Shown here in pieces: positions 38,266 through 51,066 of a stretch of 64,000 nt of DNA. Source of the DNA: Amphiscolops sp. MND2022 (taxonomy: Eukaryota). The translations under genes were made by a program, and so were the position numbers. The DNA is taken from positions 82,090,001 through 82,154,000 of the forward strand of contig OZ076409.1 of assembly GCA_964187785.1 (NCBI GenBank). Direction: 5' to 3'. Every line of letters starts with the position of its first letter. The stretch's first letter is position 1. The notes beneath the pieces were generated by a model that saw only the letters and a program-made list of their open reading frames with translations, was not told the origin of the DNA and made no database searches.

Positions 38266-39086
38266 TCAAACAAATCAGATGTTTTGTGCAACAAAAAATG
38301 TAGGAGAAGCCTCCTTTTGCGCAAACAATTTTCTGGATAGCAATAAGTAAGTTTTTTACAACAAATTACAGTTTCAGTGTTTGGGTGGGGTTTTGTCAAA
38401 CTTTTTTGTTCTAAACGGCATGTCCTTTTTACAGATTGTGAATTTTCGCATCGCTTTTATTTTTGTTCTCAAAAACTTTTTATTATGTTGCTTTTTAATT
38501 TCGGAATAGTCTTCAATAGACGGCAGCAGTCGGTTTGCGCTCTATGCAGCGAAGAAGTAGTTTTCTTAGAGCGTTCCCTTTCTCTGGTCGAGGGGTACTT
38601 CTCTGCGTTAAGGCGGCTAATAACATCTCAAATTCTCCCATCTCGCGTTGCAAATAAGCATTTTGGGGCTGTGTCTCACTTTGACAAATGTTTGGAGACT
38701 CGATTTAAATTTCTGTAGTTTGTGTGTGTTCATTTGCCCAATTGAGATCGGAATCGTTATTGTTTTGCATGTTATGATGAGTTTCAGATGAATTTATGTT
38801 GCTTTCAAAATTAAGAACAACTTTGCCGTTCCGGAGTTTAAGAGGTGAAGATTCTTTTATATAAGAATACAGGTTGGAATGCTGAACATACTTCTTTCAT
38901 TTCTTGTTGACCTTCTTGGGTTTACTAGACGTTTGTTTCAGCTATACAATGAAACGACTATGCAAAATATAACTGCTGATGTACAATTCTGCATGATTCA
39001 TTGGGGATCGAATAAAAATGTACTTCAGGTATACTGCTATAAGTAGTGAATATGATAAACTGGTAGGTGACACGTATAATGAAGTG

Positions 39087-39873
39087 CCGTATATTCCGGC
39101 AAATAAGCCCCCCCTCCTCCGTATAAGCCCCCCTGCGTATAAGCCCCCCTCCGTATAAGCCCCCCTCCGTATAAGCCCCCCTCCACAATTTTGAAAGGGA
39201 AATTGTTGATTTACGGTATGTTCTTCATATAAGCCCCCCCCCTAAATCAAGAAAAAAAAAGAAAATAAAAGTTCAATAAGTGTGAATTGAATGAACTTTC
39301 TTGGTATAAATTCAATTTTCAATTCTCAGGGATTAAAATCGGAGTCATCATCTGTCATTTCCTCTGGCTCTGAAACTTCTTCGAAAAGAAAATCAACTAC
39401 AACGTCATCCAACTCGTCATCATATGGGTGAACAGTGGCTTCTTCAGAAATTGCATTTTCTTCTACATTTTCCACAACTTGAATTTCATCATCAATTCCC
39501 CCACTTTCCTCGTCCTCCCATATCAAATCATTTTCAGTTCCGTCCAAATTATTCGAAATACCAGTTTTCTTGAAAGATTTTTGAACCATCTCAATTTTCA
39601 CAGAATTCCATGAATCAACAACCCATTTTGCAACTTGACTGCAAGACGCTCTCTTGATGTTCCCCCCGGAAGTCATCCACTCATTCCAGTATTGTCTCAT
39701 TTTTGATTTAAATGGCTTGTTCAATTTGTTGGTGTTTTCGATCAAAAGTCATGCCAAAATTTTGATTCCGAAAGAAAACGGTCTTCGTTTTATGTTCGTC
39801 GTAACAGCCCCCTCCTCAAACTTTTGACCAGCAAAAATTCAAAAAAGGGGGGCTTATTTGACGGAATATACGG
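39087..39873 (-). mobile_element. Internally deleted pogo/Tigger-type DNA transposon with a C-terminal transposase remnant (39326-39745)
   Basis: TIRs CCGTATATTCCGGCAAATAAGCCCCCC / GGGGGGCTTATTTGACGGAATATACGG followed by TA; LNKPFK...WVVDSW...KSFKKTGISNNLDGTE and acidic tail; CGTATAAGCCCCC repeats. Confidence 0.85.
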
Positions 39874-40549
39874 TAATTGCGTTCTCTCGTTTGCTCAACT
39901 TGTGGTGCCTTTTGGGTAGTTATGCTAGGTGATGAGACGCAATTCGCGTAACTCTCTTCTTACCATTGGCTAAGACGGTAAGGTGTTAATCACTGGTCAC
40001 GTGACTACATTCCAAACACATGGAAATTGGGGAGTGAATTTAATTGTCGTATGATTTATCGTTGTTGAAAATCATCTAAATACAAATAGTTTTTGTTGAG
40101 TAATGAACTGGTAAGTTTGATGATGATTTCAAGATAAGATATGAAGTGAAAGATTTGTAATGGAACTTCAATAGTTCGGGTCAATACAACTTAATCGTAG
40201 AGGCATTGACTTCGTTGTTGGAAGTATTAGGATTTTCTATCCTTTTTCCAACTTGGGTCCATAAAGGAAATTTTCACCGTTATGACTCGCGCTTTGTTTG
40301 GTAGCAAGTTTTAGTTTAAACCAAGCTTGACCAGGGGCTTGTAAGGACATTTATAACAAAAATATCTCAATGCGCAGGGGAAGGGGTTAGATAATTATCG
40401 TAGGGTTGCTCACAACAATGGACCTTGTTATAAGGCTTCACATTGCCCTTAAAAGTATCATACAGATATATCATACCCTTAAAACAGATTATGATTTTCC
40501 TCTCCCAATAAATGTGGGCGGAAAATAATAAGGAGCAAATGATTTGCCC

Positions 40550-40794
40550 CTTATTATTTTCCGCCCACATTTATTTGGAGAGGAAAATCATAATCTGTGT
40601 TGCGTTTTGTTTTCCAAATTTTGCCAAATCTCCACTTTGTTACTCCATTTAGTAAAAACTATTTTGGATATTCTAGTCACCATGTCGCTGTTGGTAGTGC
40701 CTATGCCTGGCAGACACGAGGTCGTGGGTTCGAACCCGTGCTGATGCGTTACACTCTTGGCGGAAAATATCCCGGTGCTTAGCGGGCGTCTTGT
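40550..40794 (+). mobile_element. Helentron/DINE-like non-autonomous element, family 2, with a tRNA-like module; partial copy at ~45358-45470
   Basis: Subterminal IR TTTTCCGCC/GGCGGAAAA; 3' hairpin CCCG..CGGG then CTTGT; B-box GGTTCGAACCC. Confidence 0.6.
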
Positions 40795-41852
40795 AAGTAT
40801 AGGTGACATAAATATATCTCAATAAATATTGTAAATTATTTTAGTTAGTTCTTTATTTCCACCATGCTGGCATGACAGGATCATTTAATTCCAAAACAAC
40901 ATAATAGCTACCTTTCTGCTCATTCACTCGGACGTTTTTAATTGTTAGTCAAGGTTGCAATGCCAGCTGAAGTGAGAAGTTGTCACCTTTGCTGTGACGA
41001 TCATGACGCATGTTTAATGGAGCGGGTTGTCAAGAAATCAGGCGAACCAGCAAGAAAGCGTGAAGAGATTAAAGTCAAGTCTAATCGCAGGCAGGTGTCC
41101 AAAACCGATTAGTCTCCGAGAGGAAAAACAGAAAACACAACAGCCGTCGCTGCAGCCATCACGTTGCTTGCTCTCTACTTTGCCTGTGTTCACAATGACC
41201 CACAGTTAATTTGAGGTTACTTGCTCCATGAACAAAAATTATTCATCACGTGAACAAAAATTCCAGTTCGGAGTTTCCAGAGGTTTTTATTTTGGTAATC
41301 GCGATGGCCAATGATTGGGTTTTTGAAACCAATTTTAATTAGCTTTTGTTATCTCGAAACATCTCTACGTTACTGATTGGAAGCTTGTAAACTTTTTCTT
41401 TTAAAAATGATTGCTGAAAGCAAAGTGATGCAATTTTGCAGACCTAAAGCCTACGTAAAAATTTCGGAACCTAAAGCCTACGTTTCATGAACTTCGAACG
41501 CTGAAGTTCACAATCAATTCAACCAAATACTTTTTGATTTTTGAAATTATTTTTTTTTGACATTAAGTATTGGCTAAAAAGGTTGGTTGATGTTGTTTAA
41601 ATTTAGCATGCTCTTACAAGTACTTTTTTTAAACAACAGCTGCAGTATTGTTATAACCAACGAACACAAAAACAGTACACATGGACTTTTTTCACGAAGC
41701 CCCACTTTCACGTCCACTTTTTAACGCTTTTTAAAACACCAAGAGCTTGGTAACTTGCATACACTTTGCTATCTTAGAATAAGTTAGAGAATATGGCCTC
41801 TTGTCTCAACATTTCCTGTCCGTGCCATACCACGTGATTCATTTGAGTCATC

Positions 41853-42069
41853 ATGGAATGCGGGAACTGCAACTTGCGAGGGCGGTGGGGTAAATGCAAG
41901 CAAGTCTGTTGTGTGAGTTCCAGCTACGAGTACAGACACAGCGGTTTTCTAGCCCTTCTCGGTCTGATTATGACCATAATTGGAATAGCCTTATTCTTCT
42001 TCTACATATATGCAGACGCCATCTTCACCAAAAGCAGATCCCTCCCCAAAGCCATCTTCGTCATCGCAG
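41853..42069 (+). CDS. Probable first coding exon of a host membrane protein (Cys-rich N-terminus plus a transmembrane segment); remaining exons not identified
   Basis: Coding-like composition, hydrophobic FLALLGLIMTIIGIALFFFYIYA and a strong donor CAG|GTGAGT at 42069/42070. Confidence 0.6.
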
Positions 42070-43380
42070 GTGAGTTCATCGATGCCTTTATTTTGCCATC
42101 TGACTGAGAATGATACCAATTTTCAACATGTTCAGTTTGGTGGATATTCATTTTTTTCTACGTATGAAACTACCTAATCATTCCAGAGAAAATAGCCTGG
42201 GAGTCTATATTACAATTCAGTTACGTTTGTTTCTCGGAAAACTTTCAGCTTCGCGTTTAGAGGGAGTATACACTGGGGAACCAAAAAGGCAAGACTACTC
42301 GATTTCGTTGCGAAAATTTTTTATCGCTTGAAATCTTTGGGTACTCACTTGACTAAAGTTGAGGGCAAAAATGTCTAAAACTTTGATCAAACAACGAAAG
42401 TTTTTGTTGAGATAAAATCTAAATTGCAAAAGTATCATACATTAAAAATGGTGTGAATTTGGCCATTTTTGGAACTATTTCCTACTCTATCTTTAGAGCT
42501 GCTATCGTGAAAAAAAAGATAGATTTTCGTTTTGTAGCCTTGTTTCGCCTTCGAAATTTCATTTCGTGGACTTTTTCTGAACCCGCATTTTATTTACAAA
42601 ACAGCAAAAAATAGTTTTCTTTCTGGTGATACAAATTGTCACGGTGACCGCTTTGACTTATTGACCCGTTCGATCTCGAAACATAAACTAATGCAACTTT
42701 TACCGAAATCAGACAAATCTTTTCCCCAGTGACTTTTTCGTCAAAATTGATTCCAACAAAATATCGCAATTAAAAAGTTTTATCTCAGGATTATAGCAGA
42801 TTGTTTGTTCCATAGCGTACAATTTTTTGGGATTTCAAGAAGTTCCATGAAGGTTGACAATCCCCAATGTGGAAACCGATAAGATTCGCAGAAACCACAG
42901 CTGGATGTACAGTCAAAAAATAACTTGGTCAACAAGGCTTTTAAGAGTGTTGTATGGTAGTCATGTGCTATGAGATCGAAAGAAGAAGTTAAAACAGCGA
43001 ATCACTTTTTTCGTACTACAAATCATCTTGTCACTACACTATTTCAAATCTAACTAATAGCCTCTCTGAACTGATCATCTCTAGACGGTAATTAATTGTC
43101 TAATTATGACTGGTCTCAAGAACGGTAAGAGTTTAAATATTGATAAAAGTTCGTCTGATTCACTTTTATTCCACATTTCCTCCTCTATGGAGTGCCGCCT
43201 TCCTCTCTTTTATCGTTGTCGAGGTCAGTACTGCTATAAGGGCGAAAAGTCTGTGGAGTTTCAACAAATTTCGTCTTTCGCTGCAGTCAGTATGATCCAT
43301 GTATAGATCGTTTTAAAAAGTTCGCGAGACTAGGTACCAGTCTTTTAATTAGCGATGCTGTCGCATCAGTTTCTGCAACC

Positions 43381-43674
43381 ATGCGAGGCAAACGCACATT
43401 TGACGACCTTGCAAAATCGATATACCCTTTTAAAGATGCAAACCCGGATTATGCAAACTCAGCAATTGCTCGGTTTTTCTCGATTTCGGAGTCAAAACTT
43501 AGAGGAATCCTGAAGCGACGTATTGGGCGGTCCGACAGACAAAAAAGTCAAATTGGGTCAAATGCCCCACCTCACACAGAAAGAATCGCGAAGCAATGGC
43601 TTGCGAGCAACGGTATTCTTGTTCTGGATTGGCCCCCATATTCTCCAGATTTGAACCCTATCGAACATCTGTGA
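43381..43674 (+). pseudogene. Internally deleted Tc1-family transposase remnant (N-terminal HTH joined to C-terminal DDE segment)
   Basis: NAPPHT...WL...VLDWPPYSPDLNPIEHL motif. Confidence 0.85.
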
Positions 43675-45914
43675 GACTCGCGAACTTTTTGAAACGGTCT
43701 GTAGATCCAGTTAACTCATTTATTTGGCCCTTCGACAAAGTGCGGTCAATTGTCTGCTTCGTCTTTGATTTCGGTTTTGGGTGACGTCTATGCTCTCATT
43801 TCAGCCTCTGACGGGCCTTTCTCGGGGCGAAAGGGCACTTGAGAATGAATCGTTGCGAGAACGAGCATCGCGTTTCTTTTCCTCCACCGCTATGGTTGGG
43901 CTGAAAATACGATGCTTTAGTTACTACTCCGCTATGTAAACTCATTTCATTTTGCGTTTAAACGGCATAACCAGTATGTTCTACTTTTTTGAATGGGTAC
44001 TTTCGGCAAGGAAATACCATCTTTACCTGGTTTGTTTGCAATGATTTCTTTTCGTAGCACCAATATATTGATTTTTACCAGGTGAATGGGGATCCTCAGA
44101 TTTCGTGGTTTGCTTAGCCACTGCAGCGCCTTCCCTTTGAAGTCACGGCGCGGTCGCACGTTTGACTTAAGCAGCATGGGCATACCACGTATCGTGATTG
44201 GTGAAACATGTTGAGAAATTAACTAATCAAGTGTTTGTTTGGTACTACCAAGAACTTTGTGAATCCCATTTTCTGTGGCTGCTTACTGTACTGTCGTTCA
44301 AACGGATAATTTCATAAATTGTATAATTTGATATTCCAATAGATCTTGACGCCAACTGTGGACTTTTAAATTAATTTTTAGCGACTTTCATTCAGGAAAT
44401 TTCCCTATTTTTTCAGATTCAAACCGTATCTAAAACTTGGCTTGTGCAGATTTTAGCCGTTGACATTTAACATATCTGTCAATGGATACCAGGATACTGA
44501 TCCCAGAGAATTCCATACGAGTTTCTTCGCTTAGGATGTATCACGTAATTGTTTTTCTGTGAAGGCTTGTTGGGTTTTTTATGCTAACTCTAGGCATGGT
44601 CCGATCGTTTGGCATTTCTTTCGATCATGTGCTCCATATCGGGCTTGTACAGAATGTTTTGCTAACCCCATCATTTTGGTTACCACGATATTGCCGGTGT
44701 GTAGAATGAACTATTCTTCTACTTGATGTTATCGGCGGCGTCCGTACTTCGCAATTCCGTTTTCACAGCATGTCTTGTATCATGGTAAAATATTAATAGC
44801 TGTAATTGTTCGTTGCGTTGGCCATTTTTCGGTGGCGACGCCTCAACCATTTTCATGGTTTTGAACGGAATTGTTTTTGCCTGGGCTCCTGGTTCGTAAT
44901 AATTGGTCCTAACGCTGTCCACAGCTCTCTTGTCAATGCCGGTAAAGTTGTTATTATGAGCCGATGTTTTTGCATGGCAAGTTTGAGTTTTTATACTTCT
45001 GCAGCCCGGATTCCGTATTTTTGTGTCGAACGGCTGTTGTTATATGATTTCCATTGTAACCAGTGTTTGGGTTCTGGTTTCATGCTGAGTTCTGTTTTTC
45101 TGGCAGTGTTTTCGTTGATAAGTACCTTTTTGTATTTTTTTGTTGAAGACTTCGACTGTTAAGTCAGCTTTTTCTAGAGTTTCCTTGAGATCTTTTTGCT
45201 TATAATTGATAATTTTTTTAATTGAAGAATTATTCAGCGGTTATTTATTGCAATTCGCACTTGCGTTGGATGTAGAGGTGTCGTCTCCATGTTTGTTCCG
45301 GTTTTCGTTTCTTCAGCTTTGTTGATTCGTCAGCTTTATTGGTTCGTCAGCTTTGTTAATTTCCGCCCATACATAATGGGGCAGGAAAATCATAATCTGT
45401 GTTGCGTCTTTTTCTCCAAATTCTGGCAAATCTCCACTTTATTACTCCAGTTAGTGAATTCTAGTCATCATGGCATTTTGTAGTTCTTTAAGAGCGGATT
45501 CTGATAGCGGATCGTCAGTTTTGCTGGTGCATTTCTTCAATTTAAACTTTTTCATCAAGCGTTCAGTGAATTGATGAAGTTTAGTGTTTTTCTAAAAATT
45601 ATTTAGATTTCGGCGTCCCCGTTTTTCCTCTGCAGCTGAAGTTTGAATGTTTTAGCCACCAGAGAACGAGTAATTTTGTTCAAATTTGACTTGAAAATGA
45701 AATTCGTTCCGTACGATGTTTTTAAACGAGTTTCTAACAGCCTTTAGTTCATCAAAGCAATTGAACATATCCAGGAACCTTTCAACATCTTCTCTTCATT
45801 TTAAAATGCAAACTTTCGCCGGTTTTTCGTCTATATGATTGATGTCATCAGTAGGGAATTAAAAAGTAATTTTTGAAAAATTACTTCTTTTAGATCGCAT
45901 TAATTTCATTGCAA

Positions 45915-46232
45915 TGAAATTTTTTGAATTTTTTTCGAATTTTTTTCTCGAATTTTTTTCGAATTTTTTTTGGTCTTCGGTAAGTCGCATAGTGCCGAAA
46001 AATTGTAAAAGGGGCCCTTTGGGAGGTTTTGAACATCCATTCTTATGCAAAATAGAAAAAAAAATGAAGGGTGGACCCTTTGGAGACATTAAAAAAATTT
46101 GCGAAAAAATATCTCACAAAGCCGAAAAAACCTGCACAAAAAATTTGATCAAGGACGGGACTCGAACCCACGTCCTTCTGCTTGGCAGACCTCAAAAAGC
46201 TCAATTAACCTCTATGCCAAGTGCCAGCAGTA
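45915..46232 (-). mobile_element. Internal fragment of family-1 Helentron-like repeat with tRNA-like module
   Basis: GTCGCATAGTGCCGAAAA and GGACCCTTTGG motifs shared with other copies. Confidence 0.55.
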
Positions 46233-46576
46233 TAGTATCAACCCTATACACATTTTCTGATTAGGCTGTATTTTCCATGCAGACTTGCCTACATCGCGGC
46301 TTTGGACACGCGGCGACGAAAATAGTCTTTAATCTTACATAAGAAATTAACGAAACCTTCAGAATTCGATAATAAAATCATAATTGTAAAAACTGTAGCT
46401 TCAACAGTTTCTTGAAATTCATTGTTCATTTTATTGAAATTCCACTTGTGGCTCATGATTCAAACTCGCCCCCACCGGTGAATCGCTGGTATGACACTAG
46501 CCAATAATGCATGTAGAATTTCAGTTGACTTTGCTGCAACCAATGCTTGATCAATCCACATATCTAGTAGAAGGAA

Positions 46577-47428
46577 TGACAACCCAGGGAAGTCCATCGG
46601 TGGGCACCGATCTTCCACCACAGTTCCATTGGTGGCCACTTCGGTGGCCACGACAGTTTTTGCGGTGGCCACCAGTGGCCCACAGCTGGGGATCGGTGGC
46701 CACCGGAGGGCAGTCGATGAAAGGTCCCCAAAGGTTGGTTACCCTAGTTGAAACTGCAGGAAAATTTTACAAGCACATGCATGCACTGATCATTTTCGAT
46801 AAAGTTTGGAAAGTGGTAACGAGCAAAATCATTAGTAAAGTCGTACAGAACGAAGCGAAAACGAATTCATTAAAAACAGTGTTGGATATCTACCGATATC
46901 CATCAGAAAATCACATCAGGACCTCGCAAAATTCGTTTTTTTAGTCTTGGTTGGCCAATTGAAAAACAGTCGACACTAGCAGGGCTACCAACAAGCAGGT
47001 GCAACAAAAGGCCTAAAATTACAGAAAAAACCACCGGAATAAGATCTAAAGTCACCAAAAAACACCGGACTAAGATCTAAAATCACTCAAGAAATCAGTG
47101 GAGTAAGATCTGAATCACTGAAAAAACCACAGGAATAAGATATAAAATAACAGAAAAATCCACTGGAATAAGATCTAAAATCACCAAAAAACACCGGACT
47201 AAGATCTAAAATTACCAAAAAATTACCCAAATACTTCAGAACCGATCCTGATAATTTTCCCATTTTGTTCGGCTTTGATGACGTCTGAAGGTATTTCGTG
47301 TAGTGAAAATTTTCAGTTGCTGGAATTTTTGAACGAAATTTTCATTTTCGAAAGCCTCTACGTAAGCTAATTTTCCCCCACCGGTGACCATCGGTGGCCA
47401 CCGACGGATTTCCCCCACTGGGTTGTCA
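46577..47428. mobile_element. TIR element (GGTGGCCA-rich ends) containing a ~30-bp tandem repeat at 47025-47222
   Basis: TGACAACCCAG...CTGGGTTGTCA; about six copies of AAAAAACACCGGA(A/C)TAAGATCTAAAATCAC. Confidence 0.6.
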
Positions 47429-48022
47429 GTACGGGATTGTCAGTACAGCGTCGTTAGTAGACCTCGCTTCTGACGCTCAAAATTGGTTTGACCCGAAGTT
47501 CCAAAAACTCCTTAATACTCTGTTTGGAATCTTAATGAACTATTAAATATCACGAAGCAAGTTTTGTTATGTAGTTTTTGGATTAGTAAGTAGATCATAA
47601 ACAGTCCTTTACCTTTTTTTTGGGAAATCGGTTAAAATAAATTTGTTGATTCGGAGAAAATGAACAACCTGCAAGAGGCAGTAGGAGTTATACACAAAGC
47701 ATTGTTCATGAGATATTCTGGTTACAATAAGACAACTCATTATTGTAGCGTGAAATGTATCATACCTGTTGAACAACAGTCAGATTTACTTTTGGTATAT
47801 ACTCTAGCTATCAAGTTTTCATTCCGAAAATGTATATGACGGATTGCCTTTGAGAGCAACTTTCTACTGAACTTTCTTCGATAATTGTAACTCAGCATGT
47901 CAAATTATTTAAGATGTATGAGTTTTAACAAATACAAAAAAGGACTCTGATTGAGAAAATCTTCCAGTAGGGTTTTGAAATAGAAATTTGACATTGGTCT
48001 GTCATATTTGTTTGCTGAGAAG

Positions 48023-48767
48023 TGTAACGTCAGCCACCGACATGTCAAAATTTCGATGAAAAATTAGAAGTGTGCGATATCGAAATTGTTCAATAAAAAT
48101 GGCCGCCAGGTGCGGAAAAATGAACAAGAAAAAAGAGCACGCGGAGACAGAGCAAAGAAGGAGAATAGAAAAGAAAGAAAGCAACAATGTCAACGATATC
48201 AGACGGACAGAGTCAAAAAGCCACGGGTTGTGAACCTCCCAAGAGATGGCGAATCGAACCCGACCCTAAAGAAGATGTCAATCCAGAAGTCCTAAATGTT
48301 CCCCAGGAGCCTTGAAGAAGCTTCCCTGAGGCTTCTCCTAGCTGCATTTGTTATAAACCTGTGTGAATTTCGGGTATTTATTAATGTTAGACCTAGTAGG
48401 TCGATGTTTGGTACATTTTAGATACTATTCCCTGAATTGATGCTTTCTAGCTAAACCTCTGTTTTTGGACCTCGAATAGCTAAACCTCTGTTTTTAGACC
48501 TCGAAAGTATGTAGGAACTCGCAGGAAGCTTTAGGATTGTTTTTACAGGCTTGTGGGGCGTGTACGAACTTTGAGAGTCCCGGCGCGTCCCCTCGGAGCT
48601 CTAACTAGAGGAGCCTCCTTAGACCTAAGAAAAGTCCCCCTAGGAGAGCATTTTGGGAGAAAAACTGATGTCTAGGGCTGTAGTAAGACAACGGTCTCCT
48701 GTTTAAGCACCCCAATGTTTAGGCATTGTCTCACTTCCTAGATGTGCGCCGCTAGCCGGACGTTACA
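48023..48767. mobile_element. Probable solo LTR (745 bp) of another family
   Basis: Perfect 9-bp terminal IR TGTAACGTC/GACGTTACA; TATAAA near 48353; no clean 4-5 bp TSD. Confidence 0.55.
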
Positions 48768-48785
48768 AAGCTTTGACTATGTACC

Positions 48786-51066
48786 AACAAGCCGGGAACG
48801 GCCCAAGTCGGCGCCATATCTAAGGATCAAAAATAGCTAAAGGACTTCAAACTGTCAAAGTATTGGTGAATTTGGAACCTTTTATGAAGAAAAACTTTTA
48901 AAAAGTCGCACAGTGCCGAAAAAAATTAAAGGGGGACCCCATTACGACGCATGACCCTACACTTTTTGAAAACTGCGGAATTGACTGCTAACCGGAGGTA
49001 GCACCTACCAGACCTGGAATCCGCTGTTTAAAATGACGGATTTCAAAGACACACTTTATAACACGTTAACACGTTAACACGTGCTTTATAACACGTTAAA
49101 TCCGCTTGCAATTTTTTCTGGATTCCGGGGACAACTCACTTTACATTGAATTTTTGGTGGTTTCCAGAGGCATATCTTATTATATTAGACAGCAGTGGAT
49201 TCTGCAGTCACTGTACCGGAATCCGGGGTCACATAATTTTACACAGCATAAAAACAGCGGATTCCAGGGACAAGCTTTCGTAATGTAGAAGGAAAAACAA
49301 TGGAATCCACTGCTGAGACAGCGGATTCCGCAGTAGGACCAGTGGTTTCCGCTGTTGTGCATGCGAATTCCGCAGTTTTTGACAGCTGCTGTTTTTAACA
49401 GTGGATTCCACTGCAAGATATCGCGAAATATGTACCGTACCTTGTTTAATCAGCACTTACAACATTTATGTTTTAGCATCATATGTAATCCTTCTGGTTC
49501 ATCACCCACAGCACACTACAATGACACTTCAATGAATGACACAGATAATTTGGATTTGGCTACAAAGGAAACTATAGCCTATTGAAATGTTTTAATTAAT
49601 TAATTATTTCAAATTAGATAATTTTTAGTTAAATCAATTTTAGTCAGTTTGCTCAATCTGCATATCAAACGCATTCAAAACTTTGCGAACCTGGTTCAGC
49701 ATACGTCAATTGTTCTAGTGATTTAAAGAATTTGTAAAATAATATTTATTTATATTCATGTTCAATCTGCATATCAAACGCATTCAAAATTATGCGAACC
49801 TGGTTCAGCATATGTCAATTGATCTAGTGGTTTGAAGAATTTGTAAATTAATATTTAATTATATTAATTATAGTATTGATTTGTAAGAATGTTATCAATA
49901 CTTAACTTCATAATTTGTGCTAAATGTTTGTGACATTTAGATTGTGTCAAAAGTGTTGTAATTAAGTTTTTGCATGCTTATTTTATCAATGAAGAAAAGA
50001 GCCAATGTCAATCAATATTTAGTTGCCAATATTGCATTTTGTCCGAACTTTGTAAAAACAATTTCAAAAAGCGCGCTCCATTCTTCTCTGTTTTTAAGAG
50101 AGTGCATTGTTTAGACCTTCAATGAAATCATTTCTTATCATAGAACTAGATTACAACACACCCAATTAAACACAAAATACAGTAGTAGATTACGAGCAAA
50201 ACAGTATTATAATACATATTTTAATTTATCTCAGTAATCTTAATCCCAGAGACAAAAATAGAATACCGTATGTGACATAATGGAGACAGTAATCTTAATT
50301 CCAGAGACAACCGTGAATTCCATACATGAAGGCCTATAATACATCAAGGAGACTTGTTTATCCTTAACCCAGAAACCGTATACACCCTATTAAACACAAT
50401 AATAAAGGTATACAGCAAGCTTTATACTAGCCCGAATTATCTGCGGATTCCGCTGTGATACAACTTGAAACAGATGTCACGCAGAGCTGTCAGTTGATTC
50501 CGCTTCACAAAACAAACATTTTAATACTTGCTTGCATTAGTCTGCGGAATCCGCTGTCACTGCCCCGGATTCCGCTGGTACTGTTCCGGATTCCGCTGTC
50601 ACTGCCCCGGAATCCGCTGTAAGCAGCGGATTCCACGATTTCGAGCTGACCAATGCAGCGGATTCCGCGATTATGCCTTATCGTCAACTGAAATCGCGAG
50701 AAATTAGACACTGCGGTTTTAGTCCCTGAATTCCGCGCGGCGAATTTTGCTCTTTGCGGTTGGTATGTTTTAAAGCTTGGCCCAGGATTCCACTGCTCAA
50801 ACGGCTCAATTTTGAGCCGCACAAAAAGTGTAGGGTTATGCGTCGTCATGCCTTTGTTCTCGTCCGGTATTGTATGTTACGCGGGAAACCTTTTTGGTTC
50901 AGTTCCTTGGGCCAACAGGTACAATTTAGTGTCTTCTCAAAATTTTGTAGAACTTTTGGTAGAACTGTTTTGGTCACTTCAGGTGGTCTTAAAAAAACCT
51001 TAAAAAACACTGACGAAAAGCCATGACTATAGTCGACTCTTCTCTTAAGAATGCGCCGACTAAAAA
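48786..51066 (-). mobile_element. Complete family-1 Helentron-like element interrupted by a TIR element
   Basis: 3' end AACAAGCCGGGAACGGCCCAAGTCGGCGCC at 48786; 5' end GCGCCGACTAAAAA at 51054-51066. Confidence 0.7.
48940..50850. mobile_element. Non-autonomous TIR element (2-bp TSD CC, CMC/EnSpm-like) with GCGGATTCC-rich subterminal repeats
   Basis: 29-bp TIRs CATTACGACGCATGACCCTACACTTTTTG / CAAAAAGTGTAGGGTTATGCGTCGTCATG; removing it restores the host-element motif GGGGGACCCTTTG. Confidence 0.75.

Noticed and set aside
47025..47222. ~30-bp repeats as a CRISPR array
   Set aside because: Head-to-tail degenerate units with no unique spacers, no cas genes, and a eukaryotic context.
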